A stretch of 54,792 bases of DNA from Gemmatimonadota bacterium (GTDB taxonomy: Bacteria > Gemmatimonadota > Gemmatimonadetes > Gemmatimonadales > Gemmatimonadaceae). The notes beneath the pieces were generated by a model. It did no database searches and was not told the origin of the DNA. It saw nothing but the letters and a program-made list of their open reading frames with translations. Positions 9,234 to 19,536 of this stretch are shown here, piece after piece. Positions within the stretch are counted from its first letter, which is position 1. Each line of letters opens with the position of its first letter. The DNA lies in the NCBI GenBank assembly GCA_031372565.1, contig JANMLN010000051.1, forward strand, positions 1 through 54,792, given 5' to 3'. The position numbers and the translations under genes were made by a program.

Positions 9234-10742
9234 CTACAGGATGTACTTGCGGAGGTCCTCGTCCTCGACGACCGCCTTCAGCCGATCGCGCACCATCGCA
9301 CCATCCACCTTCACGGCCTCTTTCCCGCGCTCCGGCAGCTCGAAGAGCACGTCCTCGAGCAGGCTGGTCATCACGGTATGCAACCGGCGCGCCCCGATGT
9401 TCTCCATCCGCTCGTTGAGGCGCGCGGCAATACGCGCCAGCTCCGCAATGCCATCGGGCACGATCTCGAGCGTCGCGCCTTCGGCTTCGATCAGCGCGGC
9501 ATACTGCTTGACGAGCGCGTTCTCCGGCTCGGTGAGGATGCGCACGAAGTCGGCTTCGGTCAGCGGCAGCAGCTCCACGCGAATCGGAAAGCGGCCCTGC
9601 AACTCCGGAATGAGGTCGCTGGGCTTCGACACGTGAAAGGCGCCCGCGGCCACGAACAGGATGTGGTCGGTCTTCACCATGCCGTACTTGGTGCTGACGT
9701 TCGATCCTTCCACGATGGGCAGCAGGTCGCGCTGGACGCCCTCACGCGACACGTCGGGTCCCCCCGATCCCTCACCGCGCGACCCGGCAATCTTGTCGAT
9801 CTCGTCGAGGAAGATGATGCCGAGCTGTTCGGTGCGTTCCAGCGCGTCGGCCGTCACGTCGTCCGAATTGACCAGCTTGTCGAGTTCCTGATCGATGAGC
9901 ACGCGGCGCGCCGCCGACAGCTTCATCGTGCGCTTCTTGGTGCGCTTGGGGAGCAGTTCCTGGAAGAACGCGCCCAACTGCTCGGCACCTTCGGGCATGT
10001 TCGTCCCGCCTCCCATCACGTCGAGTGGCGTGCCGCCCTGCACGACGTCCACCTCGACCTCGCGGTCCTCGAGCTGCGCGTCGCGCAGGAGCTGGCGCAG
10101 CTTCTCGCGCGTGCGCTTGTGGCGCTCGCGGTCGGCGTCGTCGGCAGCGGTGGGCATCGCCGCACCGGAACTCGAGACCATGAAGACGCTCGCGACATCA
10201 CCAGCCGCCGCACTTGGCGCCGCGGGATCGGCAGGGGCAGCCGCTGCGGTCGGCGCGCCTTGAGTCGCCGCCGTCGACTTCGCACTCTCGGGCACCGGCA
10301 GCAGCAGGTCGAGCAGCCGTTCCTCCACCTTTTCCTGCGCGATCTCCTCGACATCCGCCTCGCGCTCGGCACGCACCATGTCGATCGCGCTTTCCACGAG
10401 GTCGCGCACCATCCCTTCCACGTCGCGACCGACGTAGCCGACTTCCGTAAACTTGGACGCCTCGACCTTCACGAAGGGAGCGGCCGCCAGCTTCGCCAGA
10501 CGGCGCGCGATCTCCGTCTTCCCGACGCCCGTCGGGCCGATGAGAATGATGTTGTTGGGCGCGATCTCGTTCCGCATCTTCTCGGGCGCCTTCTGGCGAC
10601 GCCACCGGTTGCGGAGGGCGATCGCGATGGCCTTCTTGGCCGCGGCTTGCCCGACCACGTACCGGTCGAGTTCGGCGACGACGCCTCGGGGCGTCAGGTC
10701 CGCCAGGCGGGCGACAACTTGTTCGGTGCGCGTACTCGGCAT
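9234..10742 (-). CDS. hslU: ATP-dependent protease ATPase subunit HslU
   Basis: GPTGVGKTEIARRLA, KFTEVGYVGRD, DEIDK, GVQRDLLP and ENIGARRL. Confidence 0.98.
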   Translation of the reverse strand: MPSTRTEQVVARLADLTPRGVVAELDRYVVGQAAAKKAIAIALRNRWRRQKAPEKMRNEIAPNNIILIGPTGVGKTEIARRLAKLAAAPFVKVEASKFTEVGYVGRDVEGMVRDLVESAIDMVRAEREADVEEIAQEKVEERLLDLLLPVPESAKSTAATQGAPTAAAAPADPAAPSAAAGDVASVFMVSSSGAAMPTAADDADRERHKRTREKLRQLLRDAQLEDREVEVDVVQGGTPLDVMGGGTNMPEGAEQLGAFFQELLPKRTKKRTMKLSAARRVLIDQELDKLVNSDDVTADALERTEQLGIIFLDEIDKIAGSRGEGSGGPDVSREGVQRDLLPIVEGSNVSTKYGMVKTDHILFVAAGAFHVSKPSDLIPELQGRFPIRVELLPLTEADFVRILTEPENALVKQYAALIEAEGATLEIVPDGIAELARIAARLNERMENIGARRLHTVMTSLLEDVLFELPERGKEAVKVDGAMVRDRLKAVVEDEDLRKYIL

Positions 10743-10779
10743 GCCCGAAAGCTAGCGCCGCGCCGAGTCCGGCGGCGCG

Positions 10780-11334
10780 CTACGCCTCGGGCTCGATGAC
10801 CGTGATGTTGGTGTTGGTGTAGATGCAGATCTCGCCCGCGATCGTGAGCGCCTTGCGCACCATCTCGGCTGGGGGCATGCCGGTGTGCGCCGCGAGGGCG
10901 CGCGCGGCGGCCAGCGCGTACGACCCGCCGCTCCCGATGGCCAGAATGCCGTCATCCGGCTCGATGATGTCGCCGGTGCCGCTCAACACGAAGCCGTGGT
11001 CGCGGTCACACACGGCCAGCAGCGCGTCCAACCTCCGCAACACGCGGTCCGAGCGCCAGTCCTTGGCGAGCTCGACCGATGCCCGCGGCAAGTTGCCAGG
11101 GTAGCGTTCCAGCTTTTCCTCGAACTTTTCGAACAGGGTGAACGCATCGGCGGCGGCGCCGGCAAACCCCGCCAGCACGCGTCCGCCGCCCAGGCGCCGC
11201 ACCTTCTGCGCGGTGTTCTTCATGACCGTGTCACCGACGGTCACCTGCCCGTCCCCGCCCAGCGCCACGAGGCCGTCCTTGCGGACCGCCAGAATTGTCG
11301 TGGCGTGCACCGGCACCGCGTATCGCATCATCAT
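10780..11334 (-). CDS. hslV: ATP-dependent protease peptidase subunit HslV
   Basis: HATTIL (catalytic Thr after a short propeptide), GDGQVT, GFAG, IGSGG and ICIYTN. Confidence 0.97.
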   Translation of the reverse strand: MMMRYAVPVHATTILAVRKDGLVALGGDGQVTVGDTVMKNTAQKVRRLGGGRVLAGFAGAAADAFTLFEKFEEKLERYPGNLPRASVELAKDWRSDRVLRRLDALLAVCDRDHGFVLSGTGDIIEPDDGILAIGSGGSYALAAARALAAHTGMPPAEMVRKALTIAGEICIYTNTNITVIEPEA

Positions 11335-11340
11335 CGCAAG

Positions 11341-14088
11341 CTAGCGCGCTGGCGGCTCGTTCGCCCCCGAGAGGAGCCGATCCAGCAGGCTGAACACGTC
11401 GGACGGCAGGAAGGGCTTCTGCAGCATGGCCGCCGGCGTCCTCGACCCACCGGTCCCCATCTCGTCCTTCGAGTACCCCGACATCATGATCACCGGCAGT
11501 GCGGGCGCGATCGCGGCGAGCTCCTCGAACGTCTCCCGTCCGTTCATCACCGGCATCGTGAGATCGAGCATCACGACATCGAACGCCGTGGGCCCCTGCC
11601 GTACGCGCTCGAGCGCGGCCTGACCATTGCGGGCGACCTCGACGGCAAACCCGCGGCTCGTCAACAGCCGCGTGAGCACGGCGCGCACGCTCTCGTCATC
11701 GTCCACGACCAGCACACGCGCACGACGCGTGGCGGGCACGGGGGGCGCCAGCGGGGACACCACCTCGACCGGTTCCCGGTGCGTCGACGCCGGCAGCACG
11801 ATCGTGAAGCGCGTGCCCGAACCGGGACGGGACTGCAGGGTCATCGCGCCGCGATGGCCGCGCACGATCCCCTGCGCCGCCGAGAGGCCGAGGCCGCGAC
11901 CCGCGAACTTGGTCGTGAAGAACGGATCGAAGATGCGCTGCATCGTCGCCGCCTCCATGCCACTGCCGTCGTCGATCACCTCGAGCGCCACGAGCGGCTC
12001 GTCGTCGGGCAGCGTGCCGAAGACGGCATCGGCCGCTTCCAGTTCGGCCCGGACCGCCGCGCGCGTGCGCAGCGTGATCGTGCCCTCCCGCTCCCCCAAC
12101 GCATCCGACGCATTGGTGATCAGGTTCATCACCAGTTGGCGCAGCTGTGTGGCATCGCCCTCGACGCTCGGCAGCTCGCGCGCCAGGTCGAGGATCACGC
12201 GGGCCCGCTTCGAGACGACGGTTCGGAGGAGCGACGCCATCTCGCGCACGATCTCCGACACGTCGACGGGGCCCACGATGAGTCGCCCATGCCCCGAGTA
12301 GGCCAGCAACTGTCGCGTCAGGTCCGCGGCGCGCTGTGCCGCCCGTTCGATGTTGGTGACCAGTTCGTGCACCGGCGATCCGGCGGGCACGCCATCGAGC
12401 GCCAAGCCGGCGTTCGTCAACACCCCCACCAGCAGGTTGTTGAAGTCGTGTGCAATGCCGCCGGCCAGCACGCCGAGCGACTCGAGCTTCTGGGCGTCGC
12501 GCACCTTGGCGTCGACGCGCGCCGCGACCTCGCGCTCACGCACCTCGTCGGTGATGTCCTCCACGACACCGATCTGGCCGCTGTACGCGGCGCCGCCATC
12601 CAGCACCGGCGACGACGTGACCCGGACGTGACGCTCCATTCCGCCCACCACGATACGGTACTCCGCGCGAAACGATTGATGATCGGCCACCGCTGCGCGC
12701 CCGGCCTCGACGACGCGCGGTGCATCGTCGGCATGGACCCGCGTCCGCCACCGCTCCAGGAACTCCTCGAGCGTCATGTCCCAGAGGGCCAGCAACCGTG
12801 GATTCGCGTACGTGACCTTCCCGTCGGCCCCCGAGCGGAACACCCCCGTGGGACCCGCGGTCGCCAGCGTGCGGAATCCTTCCTCGCTTTCGCGCACGGC
12901 CCGCTCACGGCGCCGCTCCTCCGTGACGTCCTGCACCGCGCCGTGCAGCGCGAGGGGGGTGCCATCGGCTTCCCGCTCCACCTCGCCAAGGGCGCGCACG
13001 ATCAGCTCGCGGCCGCTGGGCAACCGCGTGCTGACCTCCACCTCGTAGGGCAGACCGCCGACCAGCGAGCGCTCAACGGCCTGATCGTAGAGCATCTGCT
13101 GATCGGCCGGAAAGATCTTGCGGAGCGCCTCGACGGACGGGGGCACGGCGCGATCGATCTCGAAGAGCTCCCACACCTGCGGCGACCACCAGATACTGCC
13201 GGTCTGGACGTTCCAGGACCACGAGCCGAGCCGCGCCATGCGCTGCGTTCGCTCGAGCGCACGCGCCTGCAACTCCAGTCGCTCCTCCGTCGCGCGCAGA
13301 GTTGTCACATCCTGCTTGGTGCCCACCATCCGCAGGGGGGCTCCCTGCGCGTCGCGCTGCACCTCGGCGCGATCGTGGATCAGGACCACCGTGCCGTCGG
13401 GTCGCCGGGCGGACACCTCGACATCGAACGGAGCGCTGCCCTCCATCGCTTCCGCGAATGCGGCACGGAAGCGCGCGACATCGGCGTCGGAGAGGAGCGC
13501 GAGGAACTGGTTGATCGATGCCTCTCCGGCCGTCGCCTCAAGGCCAAGCAACCGATAGGTCTCGGTCGACCAACGCGTCTCTCCCGTCCGTGCATCCCAG
13601 GTGAACGAACCGATCCCGGCGATCGCCTGCGCGACGTCGAGCTCATGGCGCTGGGCGCGGAGTTCGTCCGCATGCTCCCGCTCGTCCGTCACGTCGAACA
13701 CCACGCCAACGTCCCGGCCGCGACCACCGTCCGCCGCGCGTCCCGGCATGCTCCGGGAGCGCATCCAGCGTTCGGCGCCATCGGACGCGCGACGCACGCG
13801 ATAGTCGAGCACCGCCTCGCGACCGTCGCGGAACGCCGCGTCCGTTTCGGCACGCACACGAGGGATGTCTTCGGGAAGCACACACGCCATGAGCGCGGCC
13901 AGCGCGGCGTCGGGTGGCGTGTCGGTCGGCACCCCGTACAGGGCGAAGAGCTGCGCCGAGCAGGCGAAGACGCCGGAGGGGTTGTCCAGTTCCCAGAGCG
14001 CGATGCCCGCATCTCCCAACAGCTCCACGAAGCGGTCGGGGGTGTGGAGCCACATCGGGGTCGACGGGCGAGGGGTTGCGTCGGACAT
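11341..14088 (-). CDS. Cytoplasmic multi-PAS hybrid histidine kinase (PAS x4-HisKA-HATPase-REC)
   Basis: Repeated PAS/PAC motifs (GSFTWD, GSWSWN, DVTEER), LAGGIAHDFNNLL, FDPFFTTK, GRGLGL and REC domain (VLVVDDD, LDLTMP, KPF). Start uncertain (14088 or 14106). Confidence 0.93.
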   Translation of the reverse strand: MSDATPRPSTPMWLHTPDRFVELLGDAGIALWELDNPSGVFACSAQLFALYGVPTDTPPDAALAALMACVLPEDIPRVRAETDAAFRDGREAVLDYRVRRASDGAERWMRSRSMPGRAADGGRGRDVGVVFDVTDEREHADELRAQRHELDVAQAIAGIGSFTWDARTGETRWSTETYRLLGLEATAGEASINQFLALLSDADVARFRAAFAEAMEGSAPFDVEVSARRPDGTVVLIHDRAEVQRDAQGAPLRMVGTKQDVTTLRATEERLELQARALERTQRMARLGSWSWNVQTGSIWWSPQVWELFEIDRAVPPSVEALRKIFPADQQMLYDQAVERSLVGGLPYEVEVSTRLPSGRELIVRALGEVEREADGTPLALHGAVQDVTEERRRERAVRESEEGFRTLATAGPTGVFRSGADGKVTYANPRLLALWDMTLEEFLERWRTRVHADDAPRVVEAGRAAVADHQSFRAEYRIVVGGMERHVRVTSSPVLDGGAAYSGQIGVVEDITDEVREREVAARVDAKVRDAQKLESLGVLAGGIAHDFNNLLVGVLTNAGLALDGVPAGSPVHELVTNIERAAQRAADLTRQLLAYSGHGRLIVGPVDVSEIVREMASLLRTVVSKRARVILDLARELPSVEGDATQLRQLVMNLITNASDALGEREGTITLRTRAAVRAELEAADAVFGTLPDDEPLVALEVIDDGSGMEAATMQRIFDPFFTTKFAGRGLGLSAAQGIVRGHRGAMTLQSRPGSGTRFTIVLPASTHREPVEVVSPLAPPVPATRRARVLVVDDDESVRAVLTRLLTSRGFAVEVARNGQAALERVRQGPTAFDVVMLDLTMPVMNGRETFEELAAIAPALPVIMMSGYSKDEMGTGGSRTPAAMLQKPFLPSDVFSLLDRLLSGANEPPAR

Positions 14089-14193
14089 GCCAGCCTTCAC
14101 GGGCACACGGGGTGGGTCAGGGAAGCCCTGAGACAGTCGAGGTGCGGGTACGGCGTGGCGGAACGTCCTCGGCGCGCCGAGGGAAACGCGCGG

Positions 14194-15186
14194 TCAGGCC
14201 CGGGGATGCGCCTGTCGGTACACCTGCTTGAGCCGTTCCACGCTCGTGTGCGTGTAAATCTGTGTGGTGCGGACGGACGCGTGCCCCAGCAGTTCCTGCA
14301 CGGCACGCAGATCCGCGCCGGCGTCAAGCAAATGCGTGGCAAAGGTGTGGCGCAACGAGTGCGTGGAGAGGCCGGCGTCTTCTCCCACGAGATCCAGCAG
14401 CCGAGTCATGGCCAGTTGTACGCCCCGCACTCCGAGTCGGGTTCCTCGCCCGGAAACCCAAAATGCTCCGCGGTCGGCTGCGGTGCCAAGCGATCGAACC
14501 AGATCATCCCGTCGCGTCTCGTACTGCCGCAGCGCCACCGTCGCGTGGTCACCCACAGGCACGATCCGCTCCTTGCGCCCCTTCCCTCGCACCTTGAGCT
14601 GACCCGCCATCAGGTCGAGCTCACCACTGCGAATCCCTGCCAATTCGCTCACGCGCAAACCGCACGAATAGAAGAGCTCGAGCATGGCAAGATTGCGCAC
14701 ATCCTCGAACCGCCCGCCCTGCGCACGCAACTCCGCCGCCGCAAACAGTGTCGTAACCTGCGCGCGGTCGAGCCAACCGGGAAGGTGCTTGTCGAGCTTC
14801 GGACTGCCAACCCCTCGCAGCGGGTTGGATGCCACCAGCTCCTCGCGATGCATCCACCGATAGAACGATCGCACCGCCGAGAGCGTCCGCGCGATCGAGC
14901 GCTTGGCAAGCCCGCGGCGGGTGAGGTGGGCCATGAAGCCGCGAACGGACAGCCGGTCAACGCGCTCCCACTGCCACCCGTCGATGCCACCCTCGCGGGA
15001 CAGCCACGCGCAGAACGCATCGAGATCGCGGCCGTACGCGACCGCCGTATGCGGCGACACGTCGCGCTCGCGCTCGAGGTACAGGAGAAAGTCGGCCACC
15101 GCGGCCGGCCGTTCGGCGGGCGCGGCGGCATCGGCCGACCGCTCGCCATCGAGCGACGGGGCGGCGACCGACCGACGGGGCGTCAC
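14194..15186 (-). CDS. xerC: Tyrosine recombinase XerC
   Basis: LYS-GLRVSEL-like motif, VRGKGRKER, HSLRHTFATHLL and LGHAS..TTQIY; sits in the topA-trmFO-xerC-hslVU context. Confidence 0.93.
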   Translation of the reverse strand: MTPRRSVAAPSLDGERSADAAAPAERPAAVADFLLYLERERDVSPHTAVAYGRDLDAFCAWLSREGGIDGWQWERVDRLSVRGFMAHLTRRGLAKRSIARTLSAVRSFYRWMHREELVASNPLRGVGSPKLDKHLPGWLDRAQVTTLFAAAELRAQGGRFEDVRNLAMLELFYSCGLRVSELAGIRSGELDLMAGQLKVRGKGRKERIVPVGDHATVALRQYETRRDDLVRSLGTAADRGAFWVSGRGTRLGVRGVQLAMTRLLDLVGEDAGLSTHSLRHTFATHLLDAGADLRAVQELLGHASVRTTQIYTHTSVERLKQVYRQAHPRA

Positions 15187-16526
15187 GCGGTCGCTCCGAT
15201 AGGCGTCAGTTCAGCATCACGCCACTGCGCCATCGCCAGCAGCGCCCGCTCCGCGTACGCGACCTTGCGCGCATCCTTGTCGCGCGGCGGCGCCTCAAGT
15301 GCCTCCAGCAGTCCGGCGTTCGCGTTCATGGGCTGGAAGTGCTTCGGGTCGGCCTCGCGCAGATGCCGGCAGAGCGCACCCATCATCGTGGTGGGCGGCG
15401 GCGCGACCGGCGCCATGCCGCGCACGATGCGGTCGAGATTGACGGCCGCGAGCAGCCCGCTGGCGGTGCTCTCGGTGTACCCTTCGACGCCGGTCATCTG
15501 CCCGGCGAGGATGACGGCCGGGTCGTCCTTGAGCGCGCCGTGCGCCGACAGGGCCGCCGGCGCATTCACGTAGGCGTTGCGGTGAATCGCGCCGAAGCGC
15601 AGGAACTCCGCGTTCGCGAGTCCGGGAATCATCCGGAAGACGCGCGTTTGTTCGGGAATGCGAAGTCGCGTCTGGCAACCGACGATGTTCCACATGCGGC
15701 CGGCGCGATCCTCCATGCGCAGCTGCACCACCGCCCACGGCCGACGTCCCGTGCGCGGATCGGTGAGTCCGATGGGCCGCATGGGCCCGAAGCGCAGCGT
15801 CTCGGCGCCGCGCCGAGCCATCTCCTCGATCGGCATGCACCCTTCGAAGTACGGCACCTCGTCGAACGTCTTGCCCTGGTACTGGTCGGCCTCGGCCACG
15901 GCTCGGACCCATGCCTCATACTCGTCGCGGGTGAACGGGCAGTTCAGGTAGGCGCCCTCGGCGTCCGCGCCCGCCATCGTCTCCTTGTTCCACCGCGACG
16001 CGCGGAAGACCACGGCGTCGTCCAGCGACTCGCGACTCACGATCGGCGCGATGGCATCGTAGAACGCGAGCGCGTCCGCCCCGAGTCGCGCACGCAGCGC
16101 GCCAGCCAGCGCGTCACTGGTGAGCGGTCCCGTCGCGATGATCGCGGGCGACGGAATGGCGGTGATTTCTTCGCGTACGATCGTGATGCGCGGATGCGAG
16201 GTGATGCGCGCGGTCACGGCCGCAGCGAACAGATCGCGATCCACCGCCAGCGCGCTCCCCCCGGGAACCCGTGCCTCATCGGCGCACTCGAGCACCATGC
16301 AGCCAAGCAGCCGCATCTCGGCCTTGAGGAGGCCGTGCGCATTGTGAGTCTCGGTGCTCTTGAAGGTGTTCGAGCAGACCAGTTCCGCCAAACGGTCGGA
16401 CTGGTGCGCGGGGGTCGCGCGCACCGGCCGCATTTCATGCAACAGCACGTCGTGGCCGCGCTCCGCCAACTGCCACGCGGCCTCGCTGCCCGCGAGGCCA
16501 CCGCCCACCACGTGCAGCGGCGTCAC
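15183..16526 (-). CDS. trmFO: Methylenetetrahydrofolate-tRNA-(uracil-54)-methyltransferase TrmFO
   Basis: VVGGGLAGSEAAWQLA, AELVCSN, YFEGCMPIE, GQMTGVEGY and FQPMN. GTG start at 16526 overlaps the topA stop. Confidence 0.96.
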   Translation of the reverse strand: MTPLHVVGGGLAGSEAAWQLAERGHDVLLHEMRPVRATPAHQSDRLAELVCSNTFKSTETHNAHGLLKAEMRLLGCMVLECADEARVPGGSALAVDRDLFAAAVTARITSHPRITIVREEITAIPSPAIIATGPLTSDALAGALRARLGADALAFYDAIAPIVSRESLDDAVVFRASRWNKETMAGADAEGAYLNCPFTRDEYEAWVRAVAEADQYQGKTFDEVPYFEGCMPIEEMARRGAETLRFGPMRPIGLTDPRTGRRPWAVVQLRMEDRAGRMWNIVGCQTRLRIPEQTRVFRMIPGLANAEFLRFGAIHRNAYVNAPAALSAHGALKDDPAVILAGQMTGVEGYTESTASGLLAAVNLDRIVRGMAPVAPPPTTMMGALCRHLREADPKHFQPMNANAGLLEALEAPPRDKDARKVAYAERALLAMAQWRDAELTPIGATA

Positions 16527-19096
16527 GCCACCACCGGTTCCAGCACCTCGGCTGGCTCCTCGACCGCCCACTCGTTCGTGCACTTGATGCACTTGCGATA
16601 GGGGCCACGGGTCTTGTTCTGCTTCATCTCGGCGCCCTCGAAGCCGCACTCCGGGCACTTTTCCTTGACCGGTCGATCCCAGCAGACGAAATCGCAGGCC
16701 GGGTAGTTCGCACAGCCGTAGAAGGCCTTGCCGCGCTTCTTGCTGCGCCGCTCGGCGATCTCGCCGCCATCCTTGGGGCAGAGCACCCCCGTCGGCATCG
16801 ACTTCGTCCCGCGGCACTTCGGGAACTTGCTGCAGCCCAGGAAGTCGCCCGAGCGGCCGTGCCGCTTGAGCATGAAGTTGCCGCACTCGGGACACTTGTA
16901 CTCGGTGAGCACGGCGGGCGGCTTGTCGATGACGGGCCGCGTGTACTTGCACAGCTTGGGATGATTCTCGCAGGCGATGAAGGGCCCGAAGAAGCCGCCC
17001 TTCGGCACCAGCTTGCCACCGCACAGCGGGCACTTCTCCGTGGCGAAGCGCGAGATGTCGTGTGCTTCCGCGATCAAGGCGCCGACATCGGCGGCCTTGA
17101 GGGCGCCGGCGAAGGGCGCCCAGAACTCGTCGAGCACGCTCGTCCACTCGCGGCTCCCGTCCTCGACCTCGTCGAGCTCCTTCTCCATCGTGGCGGTGAA
17201 GTGCACGTCGAACTCGCGGGGGAACTGCTTGACCATCACCTTCTCCACCGACTCGCCGAGTGCGGTGGGAAAGAAGCGGCGCTGCTCGATGAGGGCGTAG
17301 CGGCGCTCGGCGAGCGTCGAGATGATCGACGCATAGGTCGAGGGACGGCCGATCCCGAGCCGCTCGAGTTCCTTGACCAGCGACGCCTCGGAGAAGCGCG
17401 GCGGTGGCTCGGTGAAGTGCTGCGACGGGGTCACCGCGGTGACCGGAATGACCTCGCCCAACTCGATGAGCGGAAGCGACTGCTCGTCCTCGAGCGCCTT
17501 GCCCTCCCCTTCCTCGCGGGACTCGCGGTACAGCGAGAGGAAGCCCATGAACTTGATGACGCTGCCGGTCGAGCGGTACAAGTATTCCTGCGTCTTCGGC
17601 CCCGCCTTGGGGAGCGTGAAGTCGACGGTCGTGGTATCGAAGACGGCGGGCGCCATCTGCGACGCCATGAACCGCTGCCAGATCAGTTGATACAGCCGGA
17701 ACTGATCCTTGGTGAGGTACTTCTCGACCGTCTCCGGGCGGCGCGCGGGATCGGTCGGACGGATGCCCTCGTGCGCATCCTGTGCATTGGAGGCCTTGCC
17801 GCTGCCGAAGAGCTGCGGCCCCGCGGCAAGGAAGGTCTCGCCAAACTGCGCCTTGAGGAACTCGCGCGCTGACGCGGCCGCACTCTCGGCCACACGCGAG
17901 GAGTCGGTGCGCATGTAGGTGATGAGACCAACCGCACCCTCCGCGCCGATATCGATGCCCTCGTACAGATCCTGCGCGAGCCGCATGGCGCGCTTGGAAC
18001 CGAAGCTCAACTTCTTGGCCGCTTCCTGCTGCAGCGTCGACGTCGTGAACGGCGCCGCCGGGTTCTTGCGGCGCTCGCGACGCTTCACGTCGGTGACCAG
18101 AAAGCCGCCGATCGCCTCACCCGCCGCCTTGCGCTGCGCAGCCGGCAGGGCCGCGAGTGTCGCGGCTGCCACCGCCCGCGACTCGCTGACGATCCGTTCG
18201 GCGTCGACCCCCGTGGGGATGCGGGGCTTCTCGGCGTCGATGTGATGCAGCTTGGCCGTGAACAGCTGCGCGCCCTTCCGCAGTCCGGCCTCCACGGTCC
18301 AGTACTCCACCGGCTTGAACGCGCGAATCTCGCGTTCGCGCTCCACGAGAATCCGCAACGCCACGGTCTGCACGCGTCCAGCCGACAGTCCCTTCTTGAC
18401 CGTTTGCCAGAGGAGCGGACTCGCCTTGTAGCCCACGAGGCGATCGAGGACACGACGGGCCTGCTGCGCGTTGATCTTGTGGTCGTTGAGCTTGCCCGCC
18501 TTGGCGATCGCGCCGATCACCGCATCCTTGGTGATCTCGTGAAAGAGCACGCGCTTCATCGGCACGTTGTTCTTCGGCTTGAGCTGCCCCGCCACATGCC
18601 ACGCGATCGCCTCCCCCTCTCGGTCAGGGTCGGTGGCGAGGTAGATGGCGGACGCATCCTTCGCCGCGTCCTTGAGCTCGGCGAGAATCTTCTCCTTGCC
18701 CTCGATGGTGACGTACTCGGGCTTGAAGTGCTTCTCGATGTCGATGCCGAGCTTCTTGGTCGGCAGGTCGCGGATATGGCCGACTGTGGCCCGCACGCGA
18801 TAGCCGCGCCCGAGGTACTTGCCGATCGTCTTGGCCTTGGCCGGCGACTCGACGATGACCAGGGCAGCCCCGCTGCTCCCGGCGTCATCCTCTGCCTCGA
18901 CCTCAGGCGGCGGCGCGGCCTTCTTGGCGGCCGCCTTGATCGCGGTTCGCGCCTTGATCGACGCCGTGCGCGCCGCGGCCGGGGACCCCGGACGCGCCTT
19001 GGGAGTCGGCGCGACAACGGATGTCGCCGCCTTCTTCTTGACCGTCTTGGATGCGGCCTTGGTCTTGGTCTTGGTTGCGGTCTTTCTGGCTGCCAT
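16523..19096 (-). CDS. topA: DNA topoisomerase I with Lys/Ala-rich N-terminal extension and C-terminal Zn ribbons
   Basis: LVIVESPAKAKTI, ATDPDREGE, SAGRVQ, ITYMRTDS, QDAHEGIRP and several CPxCG ribbons. Start re-called at ATG 19096. Confidence 0.97.
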   Translation of the reverse strand: MAARKTATKTKTKAASKTVKKKAATSVVAPTPKARPGSPAAARTASIKARTAIKAAAKKAAPPPEVEAEDDAGSSGAALVIVESPAKAKTIGKYLGRGYRVRATVGHIRDLPTKKLGIDIEKHFKPEYVTIEGKEKILAELKDAAKDASAIYLATDPDREGEAIAWHVAGQLKPKNNVPMKRVLFHEITKDAVIGAIAKAGKLNDHKINAQQARRVLDRLVGYKASPLLWQTVKKGLSAGRVQTVALRILVEREREIRAFKPVEYWTVEAGLRKGAQLFTAKLHHIDAEKPRIPTGVDAERIVSESRAVAAATLAALPAAQRKAAGEAIGGFLVTDVKRRERRKNPAAPFTTSTLQQEAAKKLSFGSKRAMRLAQDLYEGIDIGAEGAVGLITYMRTDSSRVAESAAASAREFLKAQFGETFLAAGPQLFGSGKASNAQDAHEGIRPTDPARRPETVEKYLTKDQFRLYQLIWQRFMASQMAPAVFDTTTVDFTLPKAGPKTQEYLYRSTGSVIKFMGFLSLYRESREEGEGKALEDEQSLPLIELGEVIPVTAVTPSQHFTEPPPRFSEASLVKELERLGIGRPSTYASIISTLAERRYALIEQRRFFPTALGESVEKVMVKQFPREFDVHFTATMEKELDEVEDGSREWTSVLDEFWAPFAGALKAADVGALIAEAHDISRFATEKCPLCGGKLVPKGGFFGPFIACENHPKLCKYTRPVIDKPPAVLTEYKCPECGNFMLKRHGRSGDFLGCSKFPKCRGTKSMPTGVLCPKDGGEIAERRSKKRGKAFYGCANYPACDFVCWDRPVKEKCPECGFEGAEMKQNKTRGPYRKCIKCTNEWAVEEPAEVLEPVVA

Positions 19097-19097
19097 G

Positions 19098-19328
19098 CTA
19101 GTGAACCCGCCCTGAAGGTCCGTGTCCGTCGTCCAGTCCGGTCCCGTCAAGCAGGGCGCGGAGGTCATCGATCGCGATCCGCCCGTCGAACTGGGAGAGG
19201 GCGCGTTCAATGACCTGCTCCAGCTCCGAGCCATCGATGGCACCGGAGCCGCGGAGGGCGAGCAGCAGGCCCCACGCCTCGGGCGAGAAGCGCCCGTGCT
19301 CGTGGGGACCAAGGACACGTACGGTCAT
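19098..19328 (-). CDS. Short Smg/DUF494-like protein
   Basis: RVLGPHE..RFSPEAWGLL..L...GAI...ELEQVIERAL resembles the Smg core; immediately upstream of topA, as is typical. Confidence 0.7.
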   Translation of the reverse strand: MTVRVLGPHEHGRFSPEAWGLLLALRGSGAIDGSELEQVIERALSQFDGRIAIDDLRALLDGTGLDDGHGPSGRVH

Positions 19329-19536
19329 CAGGAAGCGAGAATGAGGGTAAGGGAGCGGTCTCAGGGTCCGGCTGTGCACCACGACGTCGCGCGTGCCACG
19401 CTGCCACGAGACGCTGGAACCGTCTGCATGGCCCCCGCCCGTGGACGACGCTCTAATGAATGTAAGCTCAGGCGCTGGCTGAAGGTTCCGCCACGACGCG
19501 GATCACAGTCGGGCAAAGTAGAAAGCCGCGCAAGGG

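Noticed and set aside
14194..15186. Tyrosine recombinase as a phage/island integrase or integron integrase for the cassette-like region
   Set aside because: Housekeeping xerC context, no IntI-specific insertion, and no attC or dif site recognised.
10885..15573. 1562-aa plus-strand ORF
   Set aside because: Antisense shadow of hslV, the kinase, xerC and trmFO; Arg/His-rich with no motifs, as expected in high-GC DNA.
15183..17147. 654-aa extended TrmFO
   Set aside because: The extension overlaps topA out of frame; the GTG at 16526 gives a normal-length protein.
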